DNA of 25,761 nt from positions 1 through 25,761 of IMG/VR virus record IMGVR_UViG_3300047479_000021, one strand, 5' to 3'. The notes under the pieces were generated by a model, which had not been told where the DNA came from, did not search any database, and saw only the letters and a list, made by a program, of their open reading frames with translations. Source of the stretch: a virus (lineage: Duplodnaviria > Caudoviricetes). The position numbers and the translations under genes are program-made. Below, piece by piece: positions 1 through 8,445 of this stretch; the stretch's first letter is position 1, and each line of letters begins with the position of its first letter.

Positions 1-2
1 CC

Positions 3-2465
3 TTTACCGGAGCCGCACAAAAATTCGGTGACGCCGACACGGATACTTTGACCGTGCGGTCGATGATTATCGGCGGTAACAGCCGGGAGGTGCAGATCAA
101 CGCCGGAACTCGGACGGCCCCAACTTATGCCTCGGCTACCCCGACCCAGGATTTGTATGTCAAAGGCAACATCGAGACCCCTGGGACGGTCTACGCAGCG
201 TCTTTCAACACCGGGCCCGGTACGGAAGGCAACCGCAAAATCACGATGACCAGCAATACGGCTCTAACGCCTTCTGGTGACGAAATCTATTATGTCGGGG
301 ATGCCCTAACATGGTCCGAGGCGAGTGTTGCGAAGACCCCTGTTAAGATTACCGACACGCAGACCATCAGCGGATTGAAAACGTTTTCTAACATTCTGTC
401 TCTGAATCACGGGGCGACCGGATCAGGGCAACTTGATATTTACGAAGACTCTGACGCCGGAACCAACAAAATATCAATCGTAGTCCCTGCGGCTGGTATT
501 TCGGCTGATTGGACATTGACCCTGCCGCCTAATGATGGCGATGCAAACCAAGTCCTTGTAACAGATGGAAGTGGCGTAACGACCTGGGGTACTGTTTCGG
601 CAACCGCAGCAGGCGCAAGCGCCGGAATGGTGCAATACAACGCTACGGGAACCGGGGGAGCTTTGGCTGCTTCTGCTCATTTCATCTATACCGAGCCGAG
701 TGCGGCTTTGCTGACAATCGGTAGTGAGGGAGCCAGCGGTAAAACGGGAAACCTCGCCCTTGCTTATGAGGGTGGCGCAAGCGACTACACGGCGACCATT
801 GCACCGAATAGCGGCATGGCGGCTGATGTTACCATTACCCTGCCGTCTTATACCTCTACCCTAATTGGTGGCGGCGATAACACGTTTACCGGCAACCAGA
901 CCTATTCGAGCGCATCGAACAATAGCACGGTTGCGGTGCAGACATTCAGCGGAAGCCCGGCGCTAAACGGGTCCGATGTTCACCGGGACATCTATATCAA
1001 TCATTCTTTAGGGACAATTACCGGAACGGGAAACACGGTAGCCCTGATAGATATTGCGGCTACGACGGGTGACGCAGAAACAAACCTATACGGTATTAGA
1101 CTTGGCGCTTTGACCGGAACCACAGGATCAAATAGCGAAGTCGAATACGGCGTTTCAATCGGTACAGGCTGGGACCGTGGCATTTCAAGCGCAAGCCCTG
1201 TCTATGTGGGTGATGGCACGAACGGGATGACGGTATCGGCTACGGGTGGTGTAACCTTCGCGGGATCGTCCACATTCACGACCGCAGGGGCCACGTCCTC
1301 TGTGCCGTGGGTGGTCGGGACCGGAACAGCGGCCAATACGGCAGAGGGAACGGCCTATTGGGAATCTGATACCGACATCCTGACCATTGGGGATGGTGCG
1401 ACAGGGATCAGCTTAGACTTTACAGCCAATACGGTTATCACCTTCCCAAGTGCAAGTGGGACTCTCGCTGTTACAGGCGGTAAATTGTCACAGTTCGCAG
1501 CCACTACCTCTGCTGAACTTGCCGGGGTACTTAGCGATGAAAACGCCAGCGGCGGGTTTATGACCAATCCCATGAGTGCCGCAGGCGATATGATCTATGG
1601 GGGTGTTTCTGGTGCCACAACCCGCCTTGCTGTTGCGGGCCAGCCCGGTTACATGCTGACTTCCGGTACAACGGCCGGCGGGACAACGCCCCTTTGGCTT
1701 GCTCCAGGGGCGGCAGGGACTATCCTTGCTGGGGCCGGCACGACCACTACACCTACTTGGTCGGCTTCACCTACTGCGCTTACAAGCATTGGTTTTGGTG
1801 CAGATCCGGCTGACGCAGGGGCTATTAGGCTTTCCAATGGTGATGCGATTGTTTGGGAAGATGGCACCGAAGCCAGCATTACCCATGTCAACGACACAGG
1901 ATTGAAGTTTAATCTACCTATTATCCTTGCCAACGATGAGATGATAAGCAACGCAGACAATAACGAAATTACCTTTGTTGGTACTGAGGCTATATCTCTT
2001 CAGCTTGATACAGGAACAGCAAATGAAGTAAAGTGGATGAACAGGACGACAAGCACAACAGGGGTTACGCAAATGAGTTTTTCTGCCCTTAACCTTGTCA
2101 CAACTGGAACTATTTCGGGTGGTTCCCTCACCCCCGTTATTGACGATCCAGATAACTTTGCCGCCAACTTCACCGGGGCCAATCTCTACGGCGGAACCTT
2201 CATCGCCAACGCCGCCGGAACTATCGCGCTGCCAGACCCGGCAGTCGGGATGAACTTCACGATTGTTTTGGAAGGCGCTAACGCGGTTGTCATTGACCCA
2301 TTAGGAACAGGTACAGCCGATACCATTTACATGAACGGGCTTGCAGCGGCAGCCGATGAGAACATTACATCATCAACTTCGGGCGCAATATGCGTGTTCC
2401 AATATCGCGCTGCAAATACCTGGATGGCGACCTGTAACGGTTTTGCGGAAGCCACACCTCCGTAA
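3..2465 (+). CDS. Phage tail fibre / long structural protein, 5' end outside window
   Basis: Frame is open from position 3 through the TTG at 48. G/T/A/S-rich, with tail-fibre-type motifs WTLTLPPNDGDANQVLVTDGSGVTTW and KLSQFAATTSAELAGVLSDE; lies upstream of the lysis genes. Confidence 0.7.
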   Translation, partial: FTGAAQKFGDADTDTLTVRSMIIGGNSREVQINAGTRTAPTYASATPTQDLYVKGNIETPGTVYAASFNTGPGTEGNRKITMTSNTALTPSGDEIYYVGDALTWSEASVAKTPVKITDTQTISGLKTFSNILSLNHGATGSGQLDIYEDSDAGTNKISIVVPAAGISADWTLTLPPNDGDANQVLVTDGSGVTTWGTVSATAAGASAGMVQYNATGTGGALAASAHFIYTEPSAALLTIGSEGASGKTGNLALAYEGGASDYTATIAPNSGMAADVTITLPSYTSTLIGGGDNTFTGNQTYSSASNNSTVAVQTFSGSPALNGSDVHRDIYINHSLGTITGTGNTVALIDIAATTGDAETNLYGIRLGALTGTTGSNSEVEYGVSIGTGWDRGISSASPVYVGDGTNGMTVSATGGVTFAGSSTFTTAGATSSVPWVVGTGTAANTAEGTAYWESDTDILTIGDGATGISLDFTANTVITFPSASGTLAVTGGKLSQFAATTSAELAGVLSDENASGGFMTNPMSAAGDMIYGGVSGATTRLAVAGQPGYMLTSGTTAGGTTPLWLAPGAAGTILAGAGTTTTPTWSASPTALTSIGFGADPADAGAIRLSNGDAIVWEDGTEASITHVNDTGLKFNLPIILANDEMISNADNNEITFVGTEAISLQLDTGTANEVKWMNRTTSTTGVTQMSFSALNLVTTGTISGGSLTPVIDDPDNFAANFTGANLYGGTFIANAAGTIALPDPAVGMNFTIVLEGANAVVIDPLGTGTADTIYMNGLAAAADENITSSTSGAICVFQYRAANTWMATCNGFAEATPP

Positions 2466-2494
2466 TCTTATCTGTTAGTGAATGGAGATTTGAT

Positions 2495-3124
2495 ATGAAC
2501 CGAAAATTGATTGTTGTCTTGGCGTTGCTGTTTCCCGTGGTTTGCCTTGCTGGCTCAGTACAAGAGGCGCAGCGGGCGGTGATTGCGCGGAAGAATGCGG
2601 GTGGGGGTGCACCTCCTGCGGTATTTGATTTTGGAGGTTCCCGCACCCACGGAGCAGCGACAGACACCTGGGGAGCCAATACCGCTATCATTCGTCCAGG
2701 TCAAGCCGCCGTGGGCGGATCAACAACTGTCAATAAAATGTGTGTTTACAGTAGTGGTGCGTCAACTATTAAAGGTTTTTTATATAATGTAACCACCTCC
2801 GATACTGATCCCCAAGGCGATGAAACGCTGGTAGATTATACCAATTCAGCGGTATTAAATTCAGGTGCCGGATGGAACACGCTGACATTTCCAGGTAATA
2901 TTACTATCGTAAACGGAAACCATTATTTTGAAGGAATTGTCCTGAGCACGGGATCTGCGACGATCACAATATATTATACTGATTCAGCGGTTAATTCGAA
3001 ATATTACAGTGCATCGGGAATGTACACGAACGAGCCAGACCCGATGCCGGGTCCGACAGGTTGGGCGACTTACTCAAGGCAGGGAGATTATTCCTTTTTC
3101 GTGACGGATGGTAGTTGTCCATAA
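2495..3124 (+). CDS. Hypothetical exported protein with Sec-type signal peptide (209 aa)
   Basis: SD GGAG upstream. N-terminus MNRKLIVVLALLFPVVCLA has basic, hydrophobic and cleavage regions; beta-rich remainder; TAA overlaps next ATG. Confidence 0.65.
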   Translation: MNRKLIVVLALLFPVVCLAGSVQEAQRAVIARKNAGGGAPPAVFDFGGSRTHGAATDTWGANTAIIRPGQAAVGGSTTVNKMCVYSSGASTIKGFLYNVTTSDTDPQGDETLVDYTNSAVLNSGAGWNTLTFPGNITIVNGNHYFEGIVLSTGSATITIYYTDSAVNSKYYSASGMYTNEPDPMPGPTGWATYSRQGDYSFFVTDGSCP

Positions 3125-4629
3125 TGAAAAAACTCTTTTTACTTGTTCTGCTGTCTTTGGGTATTCCTGCCTTTGCAGAGGATTTGTATTATGCACAATC
3201 TGCTGCGGGAGCTGCCAATGGGTCGAGTTGTGGAAATGCAATCGCTTTGAGCAACATCGCCTGGGGTAGTTCTGCGGGACAAATAGGGGCAGGAGATACA
3301 GCCCATCTTTGCGGTACATTGACATCGACTCTGACGGTTGGGGGGTCTGGTTCTTCAGGAAGTATTATCACGATCAAATTTGAAGACGGGGCGAAGTTCT
3401 CTAAAACAGCCTGGGGAACAGGCTCTGCCGCTGCAATCTATGCCAATGGAAAGGATTATATAATTATTGATGGCGGAACAAATGGAATCATTGAAAATAC
3501 TGATAACGGAACAGCAAAAGCCTATCAGCAAGCTTCACATGGAATAAACGTATCATCTTGCAATAATTTAGAAATTAAAAACGTTACAATTCAAAATATA
3601 TACATAAGAACATCCGGCTCAACGGACTATACCAATGGAACAGGAGGTTTAGAAATATCCGGAGGTAGTTCAATATATGTACACGACAATGCAATCAATG
3701 AGGCAGTGACGTTGATTACGGCTACAATTCCAAACGGACAAACAGTATCAAACTGGTATTTCTATAACAACACCCTGACCAACTCCCAGGCTGGGATTAT
3801 TGTTGGTTCCGGAGGTTCAAATGCTGTATTAAATACAGTTGAAGTATATGGGAATACAATAAATCTTGGCAACCATTTTAGTTATCCATCCAGCGACCAC
3901 TATCATGGGGATGGAATACATTTTTGGGCGGTACATTCAGGTGCTCATATCAACGGTTCCAAGATCTATAACAACACCATCGGACCAAAAACTCTTATGA
4001 AAACCTCGGAAGGAAATACCGCTACGACAGCATGGGTTTTCATAGAGGGCAAGACAACTAATTGTTGGGTCTACAATAACATTTTTTTGTCCGACACAGG
4101 GTACTACCCGTCTAACGGTTATGTTACATTTAAGGGTGGCGGTTGGGGTGCAACAGGGAGCAAGGCTTACAATAATACTATTAACGCCGTTGGTGGGGGA
4201 AGCTGCTTTTATATTGATTCTGACAACGCCAGCGCCGAGATAAAAAATAATATATGTTTATCGAGTGGATATTCCACAAATCTTTCTGGTGAATTGACAA
4301 ATAAAAATCAGATGAGCTACAATGTATATTATGGCTCATCAGGGTGGAATGCGAATAATTTAATATACAATTGGGCACAATGGACTGCATTAGGATATGA
4401 TGCTAATTCTCAAGTTGCGCAACCGTTACTTGATTCTTCCTATGCGCCAATGCCTGAAGATACGGTTACCCGGGAAAAGGGGACTAACCTATCGCCTTAT
4501 TTTTCAACGGATTTTAACGGCAATGCACGCCCGTCCTCTGGCACTTGGGACATCGGCGCATACGAGTACGGCGCAGGCGGCAGCATCGGCGGCGGGGTGA
4601 GCGCACCCGGAGGGGTGACGATACGGTGA
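3124..4629 (+). CDS. Right-handed parallel beta-helix (pectate-lyase-like) protein with signal peptide; possible depolymerase/adhesin
   Basis: ATG at 3124 in a TAATG overlap; MKKLFLLVLLSLGIPAFA signal; repeated YNNT/YNNI/KNNI asparagine-ladder motifs and HGDGIH; C-terminal DFNGNARP...WDIGAYE (choice-of-anchor-Q-like). Confidence 0.75.
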   Translation: MKKLFLLVLLSLGIPAFAEDLYYAQSAAGAANGSSCGNAIALSNIAWGSSAGQIGAGDTAHLCGTLTSTLTVGGSGSSGSIITIKFEDGAKFSKTAWGTGSAAAIYANGKDYIIIDGGTNGIIENTDNGTAKAYQQASHGINVSSCNNLEIKNVTIQNIYIRTSGSTDYTNGTGGLEISGGSSIYVHDNAINEAVTLITATIPNGQTVSNWYFYNNTLTNSQAGIIVGSGGSNAVLNTVEVYGNTINLGNHFSYPSSDHYHGDGIHFWAVHSGAHINGSKIYNNTIGPKTLMKTSEGNTATTAWVFIEGKTTNCWVYNNIFLSDTGYYPSNGYVTFKGGGWGATGSKAYNNTINAVGGGSCFYIDSDNASAEIKNNICLSSGYSTNLSGELTNKNQMSYNVYYGSSGWNANNLIYNWAQWTALGYDANSQVAQPLLDSSYAPMPEDTVTREKGTNLSPYFSTDFNGNARPSSGTWDIGAYEYGAGGSIGGGVSAPGGVTIR

Positions 4630-4630
4630 G

Positions 4631-4825
4631 ATGATGACAGACCCGGCAATATGGGAAAAGCTGCTTAAGTCACTTGAACAGTATCCAGGTGTTCTCGCGT
4701 TGCTGGTGGTAATCTATTGGGGTTATCGAGTAATTCAGAAAATGAACGAAGTAAGCAAGGGTGATATTGAACGCATTAGCAGGCTGACAACCCTGCTGGA
4801 AATATTGGTCAACAAGGAAAAGTAA
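4631..4825 (+). CDS. Small single-TM membrane protein (holin-like candidate)
   Basis: Hydrophobic GVLALLVVIYWGY followed by a charged tail; first gene of the lysis region. Confidence 0.5.
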   Translation: MMTDPAIWEKLLKSLEQYPGVLALLVVIYWGYRVIQKMNEVSKGDIERISRLTTLLEILVNKEK

Positions 4826-4833
4826 AGAGGATC

Positions 4834-5052
4834 ATGGGCATCTTTATGAAAATAATCAACACCCTCTTTCATCACAAAGCGGATAGTGCCGAGCGGGATA
4901 AACTTGACAAAAGAATTGCCCGCTTAGAGAAGGCAACCCTTAACGGTGATGAAAAATGGATGCTGGAACTGGTCCGGCGTCGTGACCGATCATGCGTTTT
5001 AAAAGTCATCGAGGAATGCAACGAGAATGAAAAACATAAGAAGTCTGCCTGA
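4834..5052 (+). CDS. Hypothetical protein (72 aa)
   Basis: SD AGAGG upstream; tight packing with neighbours. Confidence 0.5.
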   Translation: MGIFMKIINTLFHHKADSAERDKLDKRIARLEKATLNGDEKWMLELVRRRDRSCVLKVIEECNENEKHKKSA

Positions 5053-5455
5053 TATTTGTCTGGTAGTTTACTGCCTGATTTTCGTAGTGGCGTTTTACGG
5101 ATTTGCCCTGTTTGAGTGGTGGAGGCGCAAGCTCGGCCGGGCATCTGAAATGTATATCTATATTGAGTTGCTGTTTATCGCAATCTCAATTAATTATATG
5201 TTCAATATTATTGCCAGGTGGATTTTTATTTTGGACCCACTGAATATCGTTGATGAGCCGTATGAGTTTTTTATCAGCAATATCTGGTGGCAACTACGCA
5301 CCATACCTAATCTGATTATCCTATCGTTGATTGTCTATCGCATGACAAAACGGGCCTGTAAAAGTATGCGGGAAAATAAAGAGTTAGAACGCCGCAAACT
5401 CAAACGGCGTGAAGAAGACAAGAAGCTCAATCACGTCAATGGACAGAACCGATAA
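5027..5455 (+). CDS. Three-TM membrane protein with basic C-tail (holin-like candidate)
   Basis: Three hydrophobic segments and a K/R-rich C-terminus; SD GAGG upstream. Confidence 0.55.
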   Translation: MKNIRSLPDICLVVYCLIFVVAFYGFALFEWWRRKLGRASEMYIYIELLFIAISINYMFNIIARWIFILDPLNIVDEPYEFFISNIWWQLRTIPNLIILSLIVYRMTKRACKSMRENKELERRKLKRREEDKKLNHVNGQNR

Positions 5456-5630
5456 CCTTTGCGAAGATTGCGGAATGTGGAGCCGGTGTCGAGAGGGTTT
5501 CAAACGCTGGCCGGATCAGCGTCAATGCAGGTTTTCTGAAAAGTCTGAGAATCGTGACCAATGCTTGTATTGCGGTGAGATAGGCAACTGCGGCAATATC
5601 AAGGCGCAGGATGATACGAGGCGCAAGTGA
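5439..5630 (+). CDS. Small Cys-rich hypothetical protein
   Basis: CxxC motifs CEDC and CLYC plus further Cys; stop overlaps endolysin start (GTGA). Start uncertain (5409 or 5439). Confidence 0.4.
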   Translation: MDRTDNLCEDCGMWSRCREGFKRWPDQRQCRFSEKSENRDQCLYCGEIGNCGNIKAQDDTRRK

Positions 5631-6142
5631 CCGCATGGGGGCGCAAAGTATCAAAGGAGTTTGTCGATAAAGTGGCTGCGATTGCCATAGACCTTGATAT
5701 ACCGCCTGATTGGCTCATGGCCTGCATGGCGTTTGAGTCGGCCGAATCGTTTATGGCAGGCAAGCTCAACTTGGCCGGATCTGGAGCGGTGGGGCTGATT
5801 CAATTCATGCCCGCGACGGCAAAGGCGCTGGGAACGTCTACGGCGGCGCTGGCCGCTATGAGTGCCGAGGACCAGCTAACCTATGTCGCCAAGTATTTTA
5901 GACCATACCACGGGCGTCTGGCGACCCTTGAGGACGTTTACATGGCGATCCTGTGGCCCTTGGCAGTCGGCAAGGACGATGGCTATATCCTGTTCGACGT
6001 TGTGAGCAAGCCGACGACCTACCGTCAAAATGCGGGGCTTGATTTAAATAAGGATGGCAAAGTTACCAAGTATGAGGCGGCGGCAAAGGTGCGAGCTGCT
6101 CTACAACGCGGGCTTTTGCTTGAAAACGCAACCGAAAACTAA
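5627..6142 (+). CDS. Endolysin, lytic transglycosylase (lysozyme-like fold) with C-terminal EF-hand-like loop
   Basis: WLMACMAFES (catalytic Glu), GAVGLIQFMPATA, EDQLTYVAKYF, YMAILWP, YRQNAGLDLNKDGKVTKYE. Confidence 0.88.
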   Translation: MTAWGRKVSKEFVDKVAAIAIDLDIPPDWLMACMAFESAESFMAGKLNLAGSGAVGLIQFMPATAKALGTSTAALAAMSAEDQLTYVAKYFRPYHGRLATLEDVYMAILWPLAVGKDDGYILFDVVSKPTTYRQNAGLDLNKDGKVTKYEAAAKVRAALQRGLLLENATEN

Positions 6143-6160
6143 ATAGAAAGGAAGGTGGTT

Positions 6161-6511
6161 ATGTTGGGAATTTTTGGACATATCGAGGGCATGAAAAACA
6201 TGATGTTGCAGGTCACGGCGTTTAACACGGGTGTCCTAGTCGGAAAAACCAAGACCACGGCCGACGACGAACTGTTCAAAAATCTGTATGAGCTTGCCAG
6301 GACCGGAACGCTAACTCCAGAGGCTGTGCAAGCTGCTATTGCAAGTGTTAAAAATCCGATTCTGGCCGGCAACCTGATGATCATTCTGAGCGCGCTCGGG
6401 GCCGGAGCCACGGGAGGGGCGGTTATCAATCTCGGGGCGGTTGACCCTATGGCCTGGGATGCGGTCAAAAACGGTTTCGCTATGGGATTGGCTGCTGGCA
6501 TTCAGGAATGA
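6161..6511 (+). CDS. Hypothetical protein in lysis module
   Basis: SD GGAAGGTGG before ATG 6161; ATGA overlap with next gene. Confidence 0.55.
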   Translation: MLGIFGHIEGMKNMMLQVTAFNTGVLVGKTKTTADDELFKNLYELARTGTLTPEAVQAAIASVKNPILAGNLMIILSALGAGATGGAVINLGAVDPMAWDAVKNGFAMGLAAGIQE

Positions 6512-6936
6512 TAATCGAATACAAAACCGAACTTGACGTGCGGTTCCATGTAAACACGGACAAAGGCCGGCGCTGGACCCTGATAAAGCCGTTCCTGTTT
6601 TCTGTCAACGGCACAGAGTTTGAAGTCCCAGCCGGATTCTGGACCGATTTCGCCTCTATCCCGCGTCCGCTTTGGAACCTGCTCTCACCTTATGATATAG
6701 GCCAGGGTCCGGTGCCGCACGACTATTTTTATTTTACGGGTTGCCGTGACAAGGATTTCGCAGACCAGACACTTAGGGCCTGCATGGAGCATGACGGGAT
6801 AGCCCCCTGGAAGCGCACAGCGGTCTATAATGCCGTGCAATGGTTTGGCGGCAGTATATGGGATACCTACCGCAAGCAAGGCTCTCCCGCGGCACAGTAC
6901 GCACGATTAATTAACCGAAATGACCTTGTGGCATGA
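6508..6936 (+). CDS. DUF1353-family protein
   Basis: Signature VPAGFWTDFASIPR, HDYFY, ADQTLRACM, YNAVQWFGG. Confidence 0.82.
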   Translation: MIIEYKTELDVRFHVNTDKGRRWTLIKPFLFSVNGTEFEVPAGFWTDFASIPRPLWNLLSPYDIGQGPVPHDYFYFTGCRDKDFADQTLRACMEHDGIAPWKRTAVYNAVQWFGGSIWDTYRKQGSPAAQYARLINRNDLVA

Positions 6937-6944
6937 GGTGATTT

Positions 6945-7211
6945 ATGAACAAAGCACAGGCAATCTTAGCTGGCATCAACGTGGCCGGGTTTATCGTGAT
7001 AACCATTCTGGCGTTTTTGTCGGTCAAGTTTGGCAATGAGTGGGCCAGCGCCATGATGCAAAACATTTTGCCGTTGCTAGTGGGGTGCTGGATCGTGAAC
7101 GTGACGACCATCATAAATTATGTTTTCGGCACCTCAGCCGGCAGCCAGGCCAAATCTAAAATCATTGACAAGCTGGCCGGCATCGAGCCGACTGGACCTC
7201 CGGCTGCGTAA
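6945..7211 (+). CDS. Two-TM holin-like protein
   Basis: Two hydrophobic helices ending in TIINYVFGTSAGSQAK, the YxFGSSxGSxxK motif seen in phage holin-like proteins; SD GAGGTG. Confidence 0.65.
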   Translation: MNKAQAILAGINVAGFIVITILAFLSVKFGNEWASAMMQNILPLLVGCWIVNVTTIINYVFGTSAGSQAKSKIIDKLAGIEPTGPPAA

Positions 7212-7301
7212 TACGGATCTGCCCCCGCAGGCGATCTCGACGCGCTCTCACACATGCGGCTAACAGCGGGCGACAGCAGACGCGGCGGGGGCGGATATTT
7301 C

Positions 7302-7334
7302 AGGGCCATCTCGGGCAACCGGGGTGGCCCTTTT
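7302..7334 (+). terminator. Intrinsic terminator ending the late/lysis transcript
   Basis: AGGGCCATCTCGG-GCAA-CCGGGGTGGCCCT stem with GNRA loop followed by TTT. Confidence 0.8.
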
Positions 7335-7375
7335 CATTATTACAAAAAGTTATCGTTACTATGAAAATTTTTATA

Positions 7376-7404
7376 TTGACGTTTCTAATTATTCTTATTA
7401 TTAT
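7376..7404 (+). promoter_or_regulatory. Sigma70-type early promoter
   Basis: TTGACG (7376-7381), 17-bp spacer, TATTAT (7399-7404), AT-rich upstream region. Confidence 0.75.
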
Positions 7405-7429
7405 CATGGTAAATGATTCAGGAGGGTAT

Positions 7430-7630
7430 ATGACACAACTTGATATTGCAAAGAAGATTGGTATTAGCCAAGGCTGGTTCTGGAAGATTTACAATGGATA
7501 CGCCTACCCCGGCAAGCAAGCTGCTGAAAAGTTGGAGGCGATCACAGGCAAGCCACAAGAGTGGTGGCGTAAGGCTGGACAGAGCCAGATTCAGAAAACA
7601 CTTGATGCCATCGACGGAGGTGCGCGATGA
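7430..7630 (+). CDS. Cro-like XRE helix-turn-helix regulator
   Basis: SD AGGAGG before ATG 7430 (the 7361 start would run through the promoter); MTQLDIAKKIGISQGWFWKIYNG...PGKQAAEKLEAITG. Confidence 0.78.
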   Translation: MTQLDIAKKIGISQGWFWKIYNGYAYPGKQAAEKLEAITGKPQEWWRKAGQSQIQKTLDAIDGGAR

Positions 7631-7881
7631 AAACGGTTGACTTTCGCTATAACGAAAAGAAGAACGCTTTCGACGCCTATCTGACTGAGGGAATATCAAA
7701 AGATTTGTCAGGCACCTACGTTCCCCTTGTCGAAGTCGAAGCGGAAAAGCGCCTGCTGGTCGAGGCGCTGAAAGAAATAGAAAAAGAATTAGACGATGCC
7801 TGTCCTGGTTATGTTGAAGGTGTTGCTAATGCTCTATCAATAGCCAGGGCCGCGCTCAAGACAGCCGGGGAGGGGGAGTGA
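7627..7881 (+). CDS. Hypothetical early protein (84 aa)
   Basis: SD GGAGG; ATGA overlap with the HTH gene. Confidence 0.6.
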   Translation: MKTVDFRYNEKKNAFDAYLTEGISKDLSGTYVPLVEVEAEKRLLVEALKEIEKELDDACPGYVEGVANALSIARAALKTAGEGE

Positions 7882-8081
7882 TGCCAAAATTAATGGGATA
7901 TTGCTGCTATATCAATAGCGATGGCGATACCACAATGGAAGACAATTATATCTTGAATGTTATGCATTGTGAGAATGGAACGGTTGAGATCCAGGTAGAA
8001 ATTGGTAAACGCACTGTTTCTATTCAAGTAAACTCAAAGGAACTTCATAACGCTGTAATAGATGCGATTTTGGAGGAATAG
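7878..8081 (+). CDS. Hypothetical early protein (AT-rich)
   Basis: SD GGAGGGGG; GTGA overlap. Confidence 0.55.
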   Translation: MMPKLMGYCCYINSDGDTTMEDNYILNVMHCENGTVEIQVEIGKRTVSIQVNSKELHNAVIDAILEE

Positions 8082-8085
8082 AACC

Positions 8086-8271
8086 ATGACCCCACAAGAG
8101 CTACGCCAGTTATCCCAATCAGCCCTTGAATACCAGCGGGCGCTTGCCTTTGTCAGTCTCAACCCAGCCACGGAAGACGCGCTGCGCGCTGCGCTGCGAA
8201 AGGTGATCGAAGACGGTACGGATTATCTTCGCCGAGGTGAGCATGACACATGGCATGATTGGTACATATAG
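8086..8271 (+). CDS. Hypothetical early protein
   Basis: SD GGAGG before ATG 8086 (MTPQELRQ...). Confidence 0.55.
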   Translation: MTPQELRQLSQSALEYQRALAFVSLNPATEDALRAALRKVIEDGTDYLRRGEHDTWHDWYI

Positions 8272-8280
8272 GAGGATGTT

Positions 8281-8445
8281 ATGTTAGACAGATGGATTGA
8301 CGGTATTGAGTTGATAGCGTTGGTTTTTGTTTCAGCGGTATCTTTATGCTGGATACTCAACCACGCTCCCGGCTGGTTTCAATGGAGATGCAGCCTCAAC
8401 CAATGGCGCAGGGACCGCAAACGGATAAACCGCAGGATGATATAA
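8281..8445 (+). CDS. Small membrane protein, 54 aa (below ORF-track cutoff)
   Basis: SD AGGAGG; hand translation MLDRWIDGIELIALVFVSAVSLCWILNHAPGWFQWRCSLNQWRRDRKRINRRMI; TAATG overlap with next gene. Confidence 0.6.
   Translation: MLDRWIDGIELIALVFVSAVSLCWILNHAPGWFQWRCSLNQWRRDRKRINRRMI

Noticed and set aside
3124-4629. Diversity-generating retroelement target (BPP-1-like phage, many AAC/AAT codons)
   Set aside because: No reverse transcriptase and no TR/VR repeat pair in the window; Asn richness is explained by the beta-helix.
6130-6947. Degenerate junction repeat AACCGAAA-N15-AGGTG around genes 6161 and DUF1353
   Set aside because: Only 8 bp plus an SD-like motif match, within chance and RBS bias.
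7200-7300. HDV-like/theta or twister ribozyme
   Set aside because: I could not build the required pseudoknots by eye; only nested stems are supported.
7361-7429. Hydrophobic N-terminal extension on the Cro-like ORF
   Set aside because: It is a translation of the AT-rich promoter; the SD supports ATG 7430.
8346-8444. Longer start for the radical SAM gene
   Set aside because: Overlaps an SD-supported 54-aa gene; TAATG coupling favours 8445.
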